Source: a bacterium
Lineage (GTDB): Bacteria > Patescibacteriota > Minisyncoccia > JAHIHE01
Direction of reading: 5' to 3'
DNA: 64,000 nucleotides
NCBI GenBank assembly: GCA_030693205.1
Contig: JAUYBG010000010.1
Span: 2,059-66,058, forward strand
Position 1 is the first letter of the stretch. Each line of letters starts with the position of its first letter. The notes beneath the pieces are model-generated. The model worked only from the letters and a program-made list of their open reading frames with translations. It did no database searches and was not told where the DNA came from. Position numbers and translations under genes: made by a program. This document shows, piece after piece, positions 1 to 10,276 of this stretch.

Positions 1-1033
1 ACCGATTTTTTCCATAGAGGTGTCTACTGAGGCAGGAACTGGTCACAATGCATTTCAAAGATTCGCAAGATTAGCCGCTTCTGTGGAAAATAATGTACCA
101 GCATTTTATATTTACCCAGAAGCAGCAATAATTACAAGACAAAATACTCCTCCGTCTTGGGATAAAATAAATCCGCTAGTTTTTAAAGCGTTAGATGATG
201 TAATGTCTATTTATAAGATTCCAGCACTTTTGTATTACTTCCCGTCTGATTTTCGAGGAAATATTAACAATGCAGCGACATCGCCAAACTTACGCACAAA
301 GGGATTGAGGTTTGATTTAAACCGTCAATTTGCAGGAAGTCCTGACAGTACAGACTCTGAAATGCAGAAAATGTTTTTAGCTATAAATGAAATTATTGAG
401 GTTGTCGAAGATGACGGAGTTATAAATGGGCGTGAAAAATTGCTCAGCAAAAGAACACTTATAGATAGAAAGAATTTCATGCAAAATGAATATTCTAGTA
501 AGGGTGGTAATACAAATATGTCGCCACTTTCCGCAACAGTCAAAATTCCCACTCAGTACCTGCTGAATTATTTATCAGATTTTGAAAATAGCGATTATCA
601 AATAGGTGAATTATTGCGAAGTCGCCAAGAAACAATTGTTTACAAAATCGATGCCGCCTTTCGAGGCGACCCATATCCAGGTGCATTGGCAGCAATTGAT
701 TATTTGGCTTGTCGAGAAGGCAAATCTTTTGAAGAAAGGAAATATAATCTAGTGTTAGCATGGGGTGAATTTTCTATTGATGAACAAAATCAAACAATCG
801 TACTTGGCGGCACTAAGAGTGATGTAAATGACTTTGTAGATGCTGTAAAAGCTAGTGAAAATAAAAACTTACTAACAAAAAATTACTCGGATTTATTAAG
901 CTCGGAAATCCCTCGCTACTATATGCAAGTTAGATATGGTTCTACTTTTTCTAAAGTGAAACATGTAAGAGTATTCTCCTACTTTGCTGACGCAATCTTA
1001 TTTCCTAATGGATCATTATGGAGAGACGCATAA
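1..1033 (+). CDS. Hypothetical protein of at least 337 aa. The reading frame is open to the window start, so it may be 5'-truncated. It sits 5' of, and overlaps, a small nuclease gene.
   Basis: Long ORF (20..1033 in the track, first codon GTG) with no in-frame stop back to position 2. No recognisable catalytic motif. The region is AT-rich relative to the ribosomal genes. It overlaps the next ORF by 16 nt. Confidence 0.5.
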   Translation, partial: PIFSIEVSTEAGTGHNAFQRFARLAASVENNVPAFYIYPEAAIITRQNTPPSWDKINPLVFKALDDVMSIYKIPALLYYFPSDFRGNINNAATSPNLRTKGLRFDLNRQFAGSPDSTDSEMQKMFLAINEIIEVVEDDGVINGREKLLSKRTLIDRKNFMQNEYSSKGGNTNMSPLSATVKIPTQYLLNYLSDFENSDYQIGELLRSRQETIVYKIDAAFRGDPYPGALAAIDYLACREGKSFEERKYNLVLAWGEFSIDEQNQTIVLGGTKSDVNDFVDAVKASENKNLLTKNYSDLLSSEIPRYYMQVRYGSTFSKVKHVRVFSYFADAILFPNGSLWRDA

Positions 1034-1473
1034 GTGAAGAAAGTGTAACAAAAACAATTATTTCTTGGCTTGAGAAAAATGGCTGGAGCATTATCTGCTT
1101 TGATTTTCCACAAAGCGGAACAGGGAAAGTTTTGCATTCAAATAATCGTGCGGGGTTAAAAAATAAAGATTCAATAATTCCAGATATTGTTGCTATAAAA
1201 AATGGTGTCGTGATTTTTTGCGAAAATAAAGATAGGTTTTCTTTTTCCGACTTTCAGAAGGTAGAAAGTATAAAAAAAGAAAATAATTATTCGGACTCTA
1301 TAAATAAACTCCTTTCGTCTTATCAATACACTTCTATTTACTACGGAATCGGTTTGCCAATTACCCCTCAAAATAGAGAAAAAATAAACGAAAGCAGGAC
1401 ACAAGTTGATTTTGTTATTGAATCTAATGGTGGCAATACAAGAGTTGATTATCAAATTAAAAATATTTTTTAA
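1018..1473 (+). CDS. PD-(D/E)xK nuclease-fold protein resembling archaeal Holliday-junction resolvase Hjc or a restriction-endonuclease-like core
   Basis: The pattern E..V..L...GW.V.......SG......IIPDIVAIKNGVVIFCENK matches the Hjc/Mrr-type helix-strand-PD...ExK architecture (D67, E81, K83). It overlaps the upstream ORF by 16 nt, suggesting translational coupling. Confidence 0.5.
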   Translation: MERRISEESVTKTIISWLEKNGWSIICFDFPQSGTGKVLHSNNRAGLKNKDSIIPDIVAIKNGVVIFCENKDRFSFSDFQKVESIKKENNYSDSINKLLSSYQYTSIYYGIGLPITPQNREKINESRTQVDFVIESNGGNTRVDYQIKNIF

Positions 1474-1698
1474 TTTCCAATTTTTTCCTCCCGCCTCTTG
1501 CCAAAACTTTCCCTTTAGTGTATGATTAAAAAGTTGTTTCAGAAGAATCTGAATGTTTTGTTTTGACTCCGGGAAAAGATTGATTTTGGATGAAATTTTG
1601 AAGTGATTATTTCCTCAAAAACAACACAAAACTAGCCCATTTTTTTTATTTTGTCTGAAGCGAAACTGCGTATTTTTAGCGAAAATCGGGGTAGGGGC

Positions 1699-1725
1699 TT
1701 GACTAATTTCCGATACTGTTATAAT
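1699..1725 (+). promoter_or_regulatory. Sigma70-like promoter upstream of tuf (TTGACT, roughly 15-nt spacer, TATAAT)
   Basis: Near-consensus -35 and -10 hexamers about 55 nt upstream of the tuf start codon. Confidence 0.45.
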
Positions 1726-1778
1726 ATATTTAAATACAATATATAATTCATAATTATAAAACAAAATAATATAATACT

Positions 1779-2978
1779 ATGGCAGAAAAATTTGAAAGAG
1801 TAAAACCGCACGTTAATGTCGGAACTATCGGACATGTTGATCACGGCAAGACCACTTTGACCGCGGCAATTTTAAAAAATTTGACAGCAGCTGGAATGAA
1901 AGCGCAAAACAAAGGCGTGGAAGATTTGGATAAGGCTCCGGAATCAAAAGAGCGCGGCATTACTATTGCCACCGCTCACGTGGAATATGAAACCAATGCC
2001 AGACACTATGCGCACGTGGATTGTCCGGGACACGCAGACTATATTAAAAATATGATTACAGGCGCCGCCCAAATGGACGGAGCGATTTTGGTTGTCAGCG
2101 CGGTTGACGGCCCGATGCCACAAACTCGAGAACACATTTTGTTAGCTTATCAGGTTGGTGTTCCTCAGGTTGTGGTCTTTTTGAATAAAGTTGACCAGGT
2201 GGACGACAAAGAATTGGTTGATCTGGTGGAAGAAGAAGTCCGGGAATTGCTCACAAAATATCATTTTGCCGGCGATAAAGTCCGATTTATCCGCGGATCC
2301 GCTTTGCAAGCTCTGGAACACAGCTGCGGCAAGATAGATTGCCCGAAATGCGGTCCGGTCATGGAATTAATGAAAGCTTTGGACGAATCTATTCCTGAAC
2401 CGGTTCGAGATGTCGATAAGCCGTTATTGATGCCGATCGAAGATGTCTTTTCTATTGAAGGAAGAGGCACGGTCGTTACAGGAAGAATTGAAAGAGGCCG
2501 AGTGCATATTGGCGATGAAATCGAGATCGTTGGCTTGAAACCGACCACCAAGACTGTCGCTACCGGCATTGAAATGTTCAATAAATCCCTTGATGAAGGT
2601 TTGGCTGGCGATAACGCCGGAGTGCTTTTGCGCGGCACCAAAAAAGAAGATGTCGAGCGCGGACAAGTTTTGGCCAAGCCCGGATCGATCACTCCTCACA
2701 CCGAATTTGAAGGCGAAGTTTATATTTTGACCAAAGAAGAAGGCGGACGACATACTCCATTTTTCAACGGCTACAGACCTCAATTCTATATCAGGACCAC
2801 TGACGTCACTGGAGAAGCGACTTTGCCAAAAGGCACTGAAATGGTCATGCCTGGCGATACTGTCACAGTCACGGTGAAATTGATCTCCCCGGTCGCGCTG
2901 GAACAAGGAATGAGATTTGCGATTCGCGAAGGCGGACACACTGTCGGCGCCGGAGTAGTTACTAAAACAATCAAATAA
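1779..2978 (+). CDS. tuf: Elongation factor Tu
   Basis: [11 protein letters not shown]-loop, DCPGHADY and NKVDQVDD motifs, and full-length EF-Tu colinearity. A Cys-rich segment ([10 protein letters not shown]) lies in domain 1/2 linker region. Confidence 0.97.
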   Translation: MAEKFERVKPHVNVGTIGHVDHGKTTLTAAILKNLTAAGMKAQNKGVEDLDKAPESKERGITIATAHVEYETNARHYAHVDCPGHADYIKNMITGAAQMDGAILVVSAVDGPMPQTREHILLAYQVGVPQVVVFLNKVDQVDDKELVDLVEEEVRELLTKYHFAGDKVRFIRGSALQALEHSCGKIDCPKCGPVMELMKALDESIPEPVRDVDKPLLMPIEDVFSIEGRGTVVTGRIERGRVHIGDEIEIVGLKPTTKTVATGIEMFNKSLDEGLAGDNAGVLLRGTKKEDVERGQVLAKPGSITPHTEFEGEVYILTKEEGGRHTPFFNGYRPQFYIRTTDVTGEATLPKGTEMVMPGDTVTVTVKLISPVALEQGMRFAIREGGHTVGAGVVTKTIK

Positions 2979-3082
2979 GAGCTCAGCCCTGCACTAAAAC
3001 TGCAGGGTTTAGAGTGTTTTTACGAGTGAAATCGTAATAATTAATAAAATAAAAAGAAAGTCTAAAAGATTTTTACATTAAA

Positions 3083-3451
3083 ATGACAACGACTGCCAAG
3101 AAAGATTCTGGAATAATCAATTCCTCTACAACTAAAGACGAAGAAGTTAAGCCAAGAATTAGAATTAAAATTAGAGCTTACGACAGTAAGATCATTGATG
3201 AGTCCGCAAAATTGATTGCTGAAACTGCCTTGCGCGGAGGCGCCGAGATCAGAGGACCATTGCCGCTTCCGACCGAAAAGAAGAAATACACTGTCAATAA
3301 ATCAACCTTCGTCCACAAGGATGCCAGAGAGCAGTTTGAGATCAGGGTTCACAAGAGATTGATCGATATTATCAATCCGACCCCGAGAATTATTGATTCA
3401 TTGACGAATTTGTCCTTATCAGCCGGAGTGGATATCGAGATCAAGATGTAA
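3083..3451 (+). CDS. rpsJ: 30S ribosomal protein S10 with a roughly 25-aa N-terminal extension
   Basis: RIRIKIRAYDSKIIDES...GPLPLPT...HKRLIDI consensus. Confidence 0.93.
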   Translation: MTTTAKKDSGIINSSTTKDEEVKPRIRIKIRAYDSKIIDESAKLIAETALRGGAEIRGPLPLPTEKKKYTVNKSTFVHKDAREQFEIRVHKRLIDIINPTPRIIDSLTNLSLSAGVDIEIKM

Positions 3452-3582
3452 TGTTTAGAGAGCGGAGAGTGGAAGGTAGAAAGTAGCAGAGTAAAGAAAT
3501 TTTAAAATTCAGTACGTGATGATTCAAGTCCCAGATTTTAATATAGATAGCGCGGGATACTGAATTGGTCAGAAGTTAAAGA

Positions 3583-3632
3583 AACCGAGATTACGGTTTG
3601 TGCATAACTTACGACTCGGTTTTTGTTTTTGA
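3583..3632 (+). terminator. Intrinsic-terminator-like hairpin plus T-run between rpsJ and rplC. It may be a terminator or an attenuator.
   Basis: AACCGAG...CTCGGTT stem followed by TTTTTGTTTTT, in the 200-nt rpsJ-rplC gap. Confidence 0.4.
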
Positions 3633-3653
3633 AAAAGCATATAATAATAACAT

Positions 3654-4265
3654 ATGGTAAAATTCATTTTAGGAAAAAAACTCGGAATGGCAAGAGTGTT
3701 TGAAAAATCAGGAAAATCTGTTCCAGTGACTGTATTGGAAGCGGGTCCTTGTGTCATTTCGCAAATTAAGACTGAAGCGAAAGACGGATACAATGCCGTG
3801 CAGATCGGATTTGGCAAAGAAAAGAAAGTTTCAAAACCGAAAGCCGGACTTTTAAAAGGTTCGCATCTGGCTAAACATTTGAGAGAATTCGTAACCAAAG
3901 ATGTCGCTTCTTACAAAGTAGGTGATAAGATCGATGTTTCGATCTTTGCCGAGGGAGATATGGTAAAAGCCAGCGGCGTCACCAAAGCGAAAGGTTTTGC
4001 CGGCGTTATGAAAAGACATGGTTTTTCCGGCGGTCCCGCTTCTCACGGACAGAAACACAGCGCCAGAGAAAGAGGCTCAGTCGGTCCGAGGTTTCCGGAA
4101 CACGTCGTCAAGGGAGTCCGAATGCCGGGTCGGATGGGCGGAGTGCGCTCGACAGTCATCAATTTGCCGGTATTATCGATTGACAAAGAAAATAATTTGA
4201 TCGCTCTGAAAGGCGCGATTCCGGGCAACAAAGGAGCTTTGATCGAAGTAGTCAGCATTAAATAG
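3654..4265 (+). CDS. rplC: 50S ribosomal protein L3
   Basis: N-terminal L3 signature MVKFILGKKLGMARVF and conserved synteny. Confidence 0.95.
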   Translation: MVKFILGKKLGMARVFEKSGKSVPVTVLEAGPCVISQIKTEAKDGYNAVQIGFGKEKKVSKPKAGLLKGSHLAKHLREFVTKDVASYKVGDKIDVSIFAEGDMVKASGVTKAKGFAGVMKRHGFSGGPASHGQKHSARERGSVGPRFPEHVVKGVRMPGRMGGVRSTVINLPVLSIDKENNLIALKGAIPGNKGALIEVVSIK

Positions 4266-4282
4266 AACGGATAATTATACAT

Positions 4283-4912
4283 ATGATCAAGACTAATTTA
4301 TATAATCAAGAGGGAAAGGTAGTGGGAGAAATGGATCTGCCTGAGAATATTTTTGGACTGAAACCCAAGAAAGACTTGATGCACGAAGCGGTGGTCGCTC
4401 AAGAGGCGAATAGCCGGATAAAATACGCTCACACCAAGACCCGCGGAGAAGTACGCGGAGGCGGAAAAAAGCCATTTGCCCAGAAACACACGGGACAAGC
4501 CAGACAAGGTTCGATCAGGTCTCCGATTTGGAGGCATGGCGGAATAACTTTCGGTCCTACCGCTGACGCTTCCTATGGGAAAAAGATCAATTTGAAAAAG
4601 AAAAGATTGGCGTTGCATATGGCTCTGGCTTCCAAGCTGAACGATAAAGTCTTGTATATTATTGACGATCTGCGCCTTGCCGATGCCAAGACAAAAACTT
4701 TCGCTAAGATCCTGAAAAATCTCGGCGTAGCCAAGACTGCTTTGATCGCGCTGCCCAAGACGGATAAAAATGTCTATTTGGCCAGCCGCAATATTCCCGG
4801 AATAAAATCTATCCTAATCGGATCTTTGAATATAGTGGACGTATTGCGATACAAGAACTTGATAATGCCGAAAGAATCGATAGCCGCAATCGAGAAAACA
4901 TTTAAGATATAA
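4283..4912 (+). CDS. rplD: 50S ribosomal protein L4
   Basis: L4 motif AHTKTRGEVRGGGKKPFAQKHTGQAR and synteny. Confidence 0.95.
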   Translation: MIKTNLYNQEGKVVGEMDLPENIFGLKPKKDLMHEAVVAQEANSRIKYAHTKTRGEVRGGGKKPFAQKHTGQARQGSIRSPIWRHGGITFGPTADASYGKKINLKKKRLALHMALASKLNDKVLYIIDDLRLADAKTKTFAKILKNLGVAKTALIALPKTDKNVYLASRNIPGIKSILIGSLNIVDVLRYKNLIMPKESIAAIEKTFKI

Positions 4913-4928
4913 AATTCATTAAAAGCAT

Positions 4929-5327
4929 ATGACAATTCTTGATAAAGTTAAAAACATCGCCAAAAAACCGGAAGCGGAAAAGGCTGCAAAAGTTGAAAAG
5001 AAAAACGCCGGAAAGGATTTTAAGAAGAACAAGATATCGAAAGATAAGATCAGCGCGATTATTTTTGAGCCGCTTTTCACGGAAAAAATTTCCAATTTGA
5101 TGCCGTTGAATAAATATGCTTTCAAAGTGGCGAACGGAGCCAATAAGATTGAAGTGAAAAAAGCGATCGAAGGGCTTTATGAAGTGAATGTGACGAGCGT
5201 TAATATGATAAAAACCTCAGCTAAGCCGAAAAGAGTCGGAAGACGGGAAATGGTCAAGCCGGGATTTAAGAAAGCGATCGTGACGCTAAAAGCGGGCGAA
5301 AGCATCGAGCCGGCAAAGACCAAGTAA
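4929..5327 (+). CDS. rplW: 50S ribosomal protein L23 with a Lys-rich N-terminal extension
   Basis: Core sequence IFEPLFTEKISNL...KVANGANKIEVKKAIEGLY. Confidence 0.92.
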   Translation: MTILDKVKNIAKKPEAEKAAKVEKKNAGKDFKKNKISKDKISAIIFEPLFTEKISNLMPLNKYAFKVANGANKIEVKKAIEGLYEVNVTSVNMIKTSAKPKRVGRREMVKPGFKKAIVTLKAGESIEPAKTK

Positions 5328-5360
5328 AAAGTTTTAAAATTTTATTCACAGAGAAAGAAT

Positions 5361-6185
5361 ATGGCAATAATAGAATATAAACCAACAACCGCCGGAAGAA
5401 GAGGCGCGTCAGTGGTAAAAAATGATTTCGTAACGACAGCCAGGCCTGAAAAATCCTTGACGCTTGGTCACGCAAAAAAATCAGGACGGGCCAAAGGCAA
5501 GATCTCGACGCGGCACAAGGGCGGCGGAGCAAAAAGATTGTACAGGATCATTGATTTCGGACAGGATAAGGTCAATATTCCGGCCCGGGTCGCTTCGATC
5601 GAATATGATCCGAACCGCTCGGCTTATATCGCGCTTTTGAATTACAAAGACGGCGAAAAAAGATATATTTTGGCCCCGGAAGGATTGAGAGCGAATGATG
5701 AAGTTATCGCTTCGGCCAATGCTCCGGTAAAAACCGGCAACAGATTGATTTTGAAAAATATTCCGGTTGGCACCAATATACACAACATCGAACTGACTCC
5801 GGGAAAAGGCGGGCAGATCGTCCGCACGGCAGGCGCTTTGGCCATAGTAAGAGCCAAGGAAGGCGGCTATGTGCATCTCGGTTTTCCTTCAGGCGAAATA
5901 AGAATGCTCTCGGAATTATGCTGGGCTTCGGTCGGACAGATAGGCAAGGCGGAATTTCGGATGAGAAATTTGGGAAAGGCCGGAAAATCCCGATGGCTGG
6001 GCAAACGCCCGGGCGTGCGAGGTTCGGCGATGAATCCGGTTGACCATCCGCACGGCGGAGGCGAAGGACGCCAGCCGATCGGTTTGAAGCATCCGAAAAC
6101 TCCCTGGGGAAAGATCGCGATGGGAAAGAAAACTAGAAATAAGAAAAAATTATCAGAAAAATTTATTATTAAACACAGAAGATAA
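5361..6185 (+). CDS. rplB: 50S ribosomal protein L2
   Basis: [14 protein letters not shown] start, and the GRNxxGxITxRHKGGG-like [11 protein letters not shown] and [13 protein letters not shown] motifs. Confidence 0.96.
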   Translation: MAIIEYKPTTAGRRGASVVKNDFVTTARPEKSLTLGHAKKSGRAKGKISTRHKGGGAKRLYRIIDFGQDKVNIPARVASIEYDPNRSAYIALLNYKDGEKRYILAPEGLRANDEVIASANAPVKTGNRLILKNIPVGTNIHNIELTPGKGGQIVRTAGALAIVRAKEGGYVHLGFPSGEIRMLSELCWASVGQIGKAEFRMRNLGKAGKSRWLGKRPGVRGSAMNPVDHPHGGGEGRQPIGLKHPKTPWGKIAMGKKTRNKKKLSEKFIIKHRR

Positions 6186-6195
6186 AATAATTTAT

Positions 6196-6558
6196 ATGTC
6201 AAGAAGCACTAAAAAAGGTCCTTTTGTGGACGAAAAATTGATAAAGAAGATCGAGAAGCTGAAGATCGGCGACAAGACGGTTATTAAGACTTGGAGCAGA
6301 GATTCGACGGTTATTCCTCAAATGATCGGTTTTACGTTTGGCGTGCATAACGGCAAGACGCACATTCCTGTGCTGGTGACGGAAGATATGGTAGGCCACA
6401 AATTGGGCGAATTTTCTCTGACGCGCAAGTTTAGCCGGCACGGCGGAAGAATGCAGAGAGAACTCGAAGCGGCTGCCAAGGCGGCTGAAGCGGCCAAAAC
6501 CGCTCCGGCGGGCGCCGCAGCTCCGGCGGCCAAAGCTGCTGAACCGGTCAAGAAATAA
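6196..6558 (+). CDS. rpsS: 30S ribosomal protein S19 with an Ala/Lys-rich C-terminal tail
   Basis: [10 protein letters not shown]...[13 protein letters not shown] core. The tail reads [29 protein letters not shown]. Confidence 0.94.
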   Translation: MSRSTKKGPFVDEKLIKKIEKLKIGDKTVIKTWSRDSTVIPQMIGFTFGVHNGKTHIPVLVTEDMVGHKLGEFSLTRKFSRHGGRMQRELEAAAKAAEAAKTAPAGAAAPAAKAAEPVKK

Positions 6559-6592
6559 TAATTAAAGCAATATAAATTAGAAATTTTAAAAT

Positions 6593-7036
6593 ATGCCAGT
6601 AAAAGTTTACCTAAAAAATTTAAGAACAGCTCCCCGCAAAGTCCGGTTGGTTGCCGATCTCATCAGAGGATTAAGAGTTGATGAAGCGATGGAACAATTG
6701 AAATATATTCCCAAAAGAGCGGCTGTGCCTGTAATGAAACTCCTGGAATCGGCAGTGGCGGCGGCGGAGAATGATTTTAAAATGAAAAAAGAAGATCTGT
6801 TTATTTCAAAAATAACCGTTGATGACGGCGCGACCCTGAAAAGATCCATGCCGCACGCGATGGGCCGGGCTTTCCCGATATTGAAAAGAACGAGCACTGT
6901 CACTATCGAGCTCGATAAAAAAGCCGTAGAGCTGGAAGCGCTGGAAGAAAAAAAATCGGAAGAATCTCGGGAAGTTTTGGCAGGGGAAGCGAAAGAAGAA
7001 GCGCTGAAAAAAAGAAAAAGTAAAAAACAAGAATAA
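6593..7036 (+). CDS. rplV: 50S ribosomal protein L22 with a charged C-terminal extension
   Basis: Sequence LRTAPRKVRLVADLIRG...AMEQLKYIPKRAA. Confidence 0.93.
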   Translation: MPVKVYLKNLRTAPRKVRLVADLIRGLRVDEAMEQLKYIPKRAAVPVMKLLESAVAAAENDFKMKKEDLFISKITVDDGATLKRSMPHAMGRAFPILKRTSTVTIELDKKAVELEALEEKKSEESREVLAGEAKEEALKKRKSKKQE

Positions 7037-7057
7037 TTAATCCATTTTAAACTTGCT

Positions 7058-7750
7058 ATGGGACACAAAGTAAATCCGTTATTATTTAGACTAGGCTACA
7101 CTGTCAATTGGACGAGCCGCTGGTTTGGCGACAAAAACTTTCCGGAACTTCTGAAAGAAGATTTTGGCATTCGAAAGATCCTTATGGAAAATTTGAAAAA
7201 AGCGGCAGTGGAAAAAATTATCATCGACAGGGCGTCTAACGTTGTCACGATCTCCATTCTTTCCGCGAGGCCCGGAGTCATAATCGGACGGGGCGGAACC
7301 GGCATCGAGGATCTGAGAAAAATGCTGAAAACGAAGCTTGGATTGAAAAAAGAAGTTAAACTTGATGTGCTCGAAGTGAAAGATCCGGAATCCAGCGCGG
7401 CGATCATCGGGCAGGAAATTGCCAGTCAGATCGAGCGGAGGATCGGCTGGAAAAGAGCCCTGAAAAGAATGCTGGAAACGGTAATCAGCAAAAAAGGAGT
7501 TCAGGGAATAAAGATCGCGATCTCCGGGCGGCTTGATGGGGCGGAAATGGGCAGGCGAGAATGGCTCGCCAAAGGAAAAATTCCCTTGCACACGCTTCGA
7601 AGCAATATTGATTTTACCAGAGCGACGGCTTTTACGACTTATGGCGCGGTAGGGATAAAAGTTTGGGTGTATAAGGGCGAAGTGTTTGACGAAAAAGCGG
7701 AGGCGAAAAAAAGCAAAAAAATAAATAGTACTTCTACTCCAATTAAATAG
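7058..7750 (+). CDS. rpsC: 30S ribosomal protein S3
   Basis: [23 protein letters not shown] start and KH-domain region. Confidence 0.95.
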   Translation: MGHKVNPLLFRLGYTVNWTSRWFGDKNFPELLKEDFGIRKILMENLKKAAVEKIIIDRASNVVTISILSARPGVIIGRGGTGIEDLRKMLKTKLGLKKEVKLDVLEVKDPESSAAIIGQEIASQIERRIGWKRALKRMLETVISKKGVQGIKIAISGRLDGAEMGRREWLAKGKIPLHTLRSNIDFTRATAFTTYGAVGIKVWVYKGEVFDEKAEAKKSKKINSTSTPIK

Positions 7751-7776
7751 TTCAGTACAAGCAAATAAAACTAAAT

Positions 7777-8199
7777 ATGTTGATTCCAAAAAAAGTAAAA
7801 CACAGAAAACAGCAAAAAGGCAGACGGAGATTTTCCGGCGTGGCCAGCCGCGGCACTGATCTGAATTTTGGCAGCTACGGAATTAAAGCTCTCGAGACTT
7901 CGTGGGTTTCCGCCAGGCAGCTCGAAGCGGTAAGAAGGGTTTTGACCAGATACACCAAGCGCGGCGGAAAAATATGGATCAGGGTTTTTCCCGATAAGCC
8001 GATAACGGTCAAAGGATCAGAAGTTCCGATGGGCGGAGGAAAAGGCTCTACTGATCATTTTGTGGTCGCTATCAAGCCAGGAAGAGTTTTGTTTGAGATC
8101 GACGGCGTAACCAGAGAGGAAGCCCGGGAATCGATGAGGCTTGCTTCGCACAAACTTCCCATTAAAGTGAAATTTATTGAAAAGCAGCACGCTAACTAA
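7777..8199 (+). CDS. rplP: 50S ribosomal protein L16
   Basis: [18 protein letters not shown] start and synteny. Confidence 0.95.
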   Translation: MLIPKKVKHRKQQKGRRRFSGVASRGTDLNFGSYGIKALETSWVSARQLEAVRRVLTRYTKRGGKIWIRVFPDKPITVKGSEVPMGGGKGSTDHFVVAIKPGRVLFEIDGVTREEARESMRLASHKLPIKVKFIEKQHAN

Positions 8200-8218
8200 T
8201 ACTTTATAAACCAAGATC

Positions 8219-8419
8219 ATGAAAGCCAAAGAATTAAAATTAAAAACAATCGAGGAATTAAAAAAGATCATTGCTGAAACGAGAGAAAATACTTTATCTT
8301 TGAATATGGAAAGAGCCAACAGGAAGCTGAAAAAAGTATCGCAGTTCAAGAAAAACAGGCAGTTGATCGCGAGAATTCTAACGATCATCGGAGAAAAAGA
8401 AAAAACAATAAAGCAATAA
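8219..8419 (+). CDS. rpmC: 50S ribosomal protein L29
   Basis: Sequence MKAKELKLKTIEELKK...LSLNMERA, 66 aa. Confidence 0.9.
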   Translation: MKAKELKLKTIEELKKIIAETRENTLSLNMERANRKLKKVSQFKKNRQLIARILTIIGEKEKTIKQ

Positions 8420-8460
8420 TTTAAAAACAAGAGATTTAAAATTTCAATTTAAACAAAATC

Positions 8461-8748
8461 ATGGAAAAAAAAGTCAATAAAACAATTTCTAAAGAAGGAA
8501 ATGAAAAAAAGAAAAGTATCCGCCATTTGGTCGGAACAGTGGTCAGCGCCAAGATGCAGAAAACGGTAGTTGTGGCTGTTGATAAATTGAAATTGCATGA
8601 AAAGTATCGAAAGCAATATAAAGTAACCAAGAAATACAAGGCGCATGACGAGAAAGGCGAATACAAAGCCGGAGACAGGGTGATCATTCAGGAGACGAAG
8701 CCGATGAGCAAAGAAAAACGCTGGATAGTGATAGGTAAAGCAAAGTAA
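8461..8748 (+). CDS. rpsQ: 30S ribosomal protein S17
   Basis: Sequence GTVVSAKMQKTVVVAVD...KYKAHDE..GDRVIIQETKPMSK. Confidence 0.93.
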   Translation: MEKKVNKTISKEGNEKKKSIRHLVGTVVSAKMQKTVVVAVDKLKLHEKYRKQYKVTKKYKAHDEKGEYKAGDRVIIQETKPMSKEKRWIVIGKAK

Positions 8749-8771
8749 TTTATAAATAAGACAATAGAAAT

Positions 8772-9140
8772 ATGATCCAAGTATTAACAAATTTAAAAGT
8801 TGCAGACAATAGCGGAGCCAAGATAATCCGATGTTTTAGGATTTTGGGCGGAACGCGCCACCGCTACGCCAAGATCGGCGATATTGTCGTTGCTTCGGTC
8901 AGGCAGGGAGATCCGAAAGGCGTGGTAAAAGAGCATGAAGTCGTGAAAGCGGTGATTGTCAGGCAGAAAAAAGCTTTGCGCCGGACAGACGGCACTTATA
9001 TCAGATTTGACGACAACGCGGCAGTGATCATCGACGAGAACAAAGAACCCCGGGGATCGAGAATTTTTGGTCCGGTTGGAAGAGAATTGAAAGAAAAAGG
9101 CTTTAGTAAAATTATTTCCTTGGCTTCCGAGGTATTGTAA
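8772..9140 (+). CDS. rplN: 50S ribosomal protein L14
   Basis: [17 protein letters not shown] start. Confidence 0.96.
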   Translation: MIQVLTNLKVADNSGAKIIRCFRILGGTRHRYAKIGDIVVASVRQGDPKGVVKEHEVVKAVIVRQKKALRRTDGTYIRFDDNAAVIIDENKEPRGSRIFGPVGRELKEKGFSKIISLASEVL

Positions 9141-9162
9141 TAAATTATATCCGAATAAAAAT

Positions 9163-9471
9163 ATGAAGATCAAAAAGAATGACAACGTATTGGTGATAAA
9201 AGGAAAAGACAGGAACAAGACCGGTAAGGTTGTTGGAATTTTGCCTGAAAAAGGAAAAGCTGTCGTCGGCGGATTGAATATGATCAAGCGCCACCAGAAG
9301 CCGAAAAGAAGCGGACAAAAAGGCCAGATTTTAAGCGTTGAAGCTCCTATAAGGATCGAGAATCTTATGGTGATCTGCCCGAAATGCGGCAAGCCGGCCA
9401 GAGTAGGATACAAGAAGCTGGAAAACGGAGAAAAAGTCAGGATTTGCAAAAAATGTAATCAAGAAATTTAA
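9163..9471 (+). CDS. rplX: 50S ribosomal protein L24 with a C-terminal CxxC...CxxC zinc ribbon
   Basis: KOW-like N-terminus KIKKNDNVLVIKGKDRNKTGKV, and a C-terminal CPKCG...CKKC. Confidence 0.93.
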   Translation: MKIKKNDNVLVIKGKDRNKTGKVVGILPEKGKAVVGGLNMIKRHQKPKRSGQKGQILSVEAPIRIENLMVICPKCGKPARVGYKKLENGEKVRICKKCNQEI

Positions 9472-9497
9472 AATAAACCAGTTATCAGTTTAAATAT

Positions 9498-10040
9498 ATG
9501 TCAAGATTAAAAGAAAAATTTATAAAAGAAGTCATCCCGGCTATGAAAAAAGAGTTCGGTTATAAGAACGACATGGCTGTGCCGCGCATGAAAAAAGCGG
9601 TTATTAACGCCGGAGTAGGCAAGTCTTTAGATAATAAGAAGCTTTTGGATCAGATAGTGTTTGATATCGCCGCGATCACCGGACAGAAGCCCGTGTTGAA
9701 GCTGGCCAAAAAATCAATTTCGAGTTTTAAGATCAGAGAAGGAATTCCTGTTGGCGTGGCAGTGACGCTCAGAGGCGAAAAAATGTATGAATTTATCGAC
9801 AAGCTTATCAATATCGCTTTGCCCCGGGTTCGTGATTTTCGCGGATTGCCGGACAATTCTTTTGATGGACGAGGCAATTTTTCCTTGGGAATTCGCGAGC
9901 ATTATGTTTTTCCTGAAATTAACGCCGATGTGACCTCGAGTATTTTTGGATTGCAAGTGACGGTAGTGACCGACGCGAAAAGCGACAAAGAAGCAAAGAG
10001 TTTATTAATTCATTTGGGTTTTCCCATTAAAAAAGAGTAA
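9498..10040 (+). CDS. rplE: 50S ribosomal protein L5
   Basis: [24 protein letters not shown] start and synteny. Confidence 0.95.
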   Translation: MSRLKEKFIKEVIPAMKKEFGYKNDMAVPRMKKAVINAGVGKSLDNKKLLDQIVFDIAAITGQKPVLKLAKKSISSFKIREGIPVGVAVTLRGEKMYEFIDKLINIALPRVRDFRGLPDNSFDGRGNFSLGIREHYVFPEINADVTSSIFGLQVTVVTDAKSDKEAKSLLIHLGFPIKKE

Positions 10041-10048
10041 AAAATATT

Positions 10049-10234
10049 ATGCCAAGAAAAGCCTTAGTTGTAAAAGCATTAAAAAAACCTAAGTATATGA
10101 CCCGCACGATCAGGCGCTGCTGGAAATGCGGACGCAAGCGCGCTTTTATGCGAGATTTTGGACTTTGCAGGATTTGCTTCAGGGAAATGGCTTCGATCGG
10201 AGAGATACCTGGCGTAAAAAAATCTTCGTGGTAA
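10049..10234 (+). CDS. rpsZ: 30S ribosomal protein S14 type Z (zinc-binding)
   Basis: 61 aa with a [20 protein letters not shown] zinc ribbon. Confidence 0.93.
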   Translation: MPRKALVVKALKKPKYMTRTIRRCWKCGRKRAFMRDFGLCRICFREMASIGEIPGVKKSSW

Positions 10235-10276
10235 TTTAAATATTAAGAGAATCAAATTTACATTTAATTATATATT

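Noticed and set aside
2424-2939. Minus-strand ORFs antisense to tuf (171, 143, 63 and 62 aa)
   Set aside because: They are entirely embedded in a highly conserved coding gene on the opposite strand. Their Ser/Arg-rich junk composition marks them as typical antisense artefacts.
6607-9449. Numerous minus-strand ORFs across the ribosomal protein cluster (e.g. 7091..7789, 8017..8430, 8793..9449)
   Set aside because: They are antisense to well-supported r-protein genes, have low-complexity translations and lack start context.
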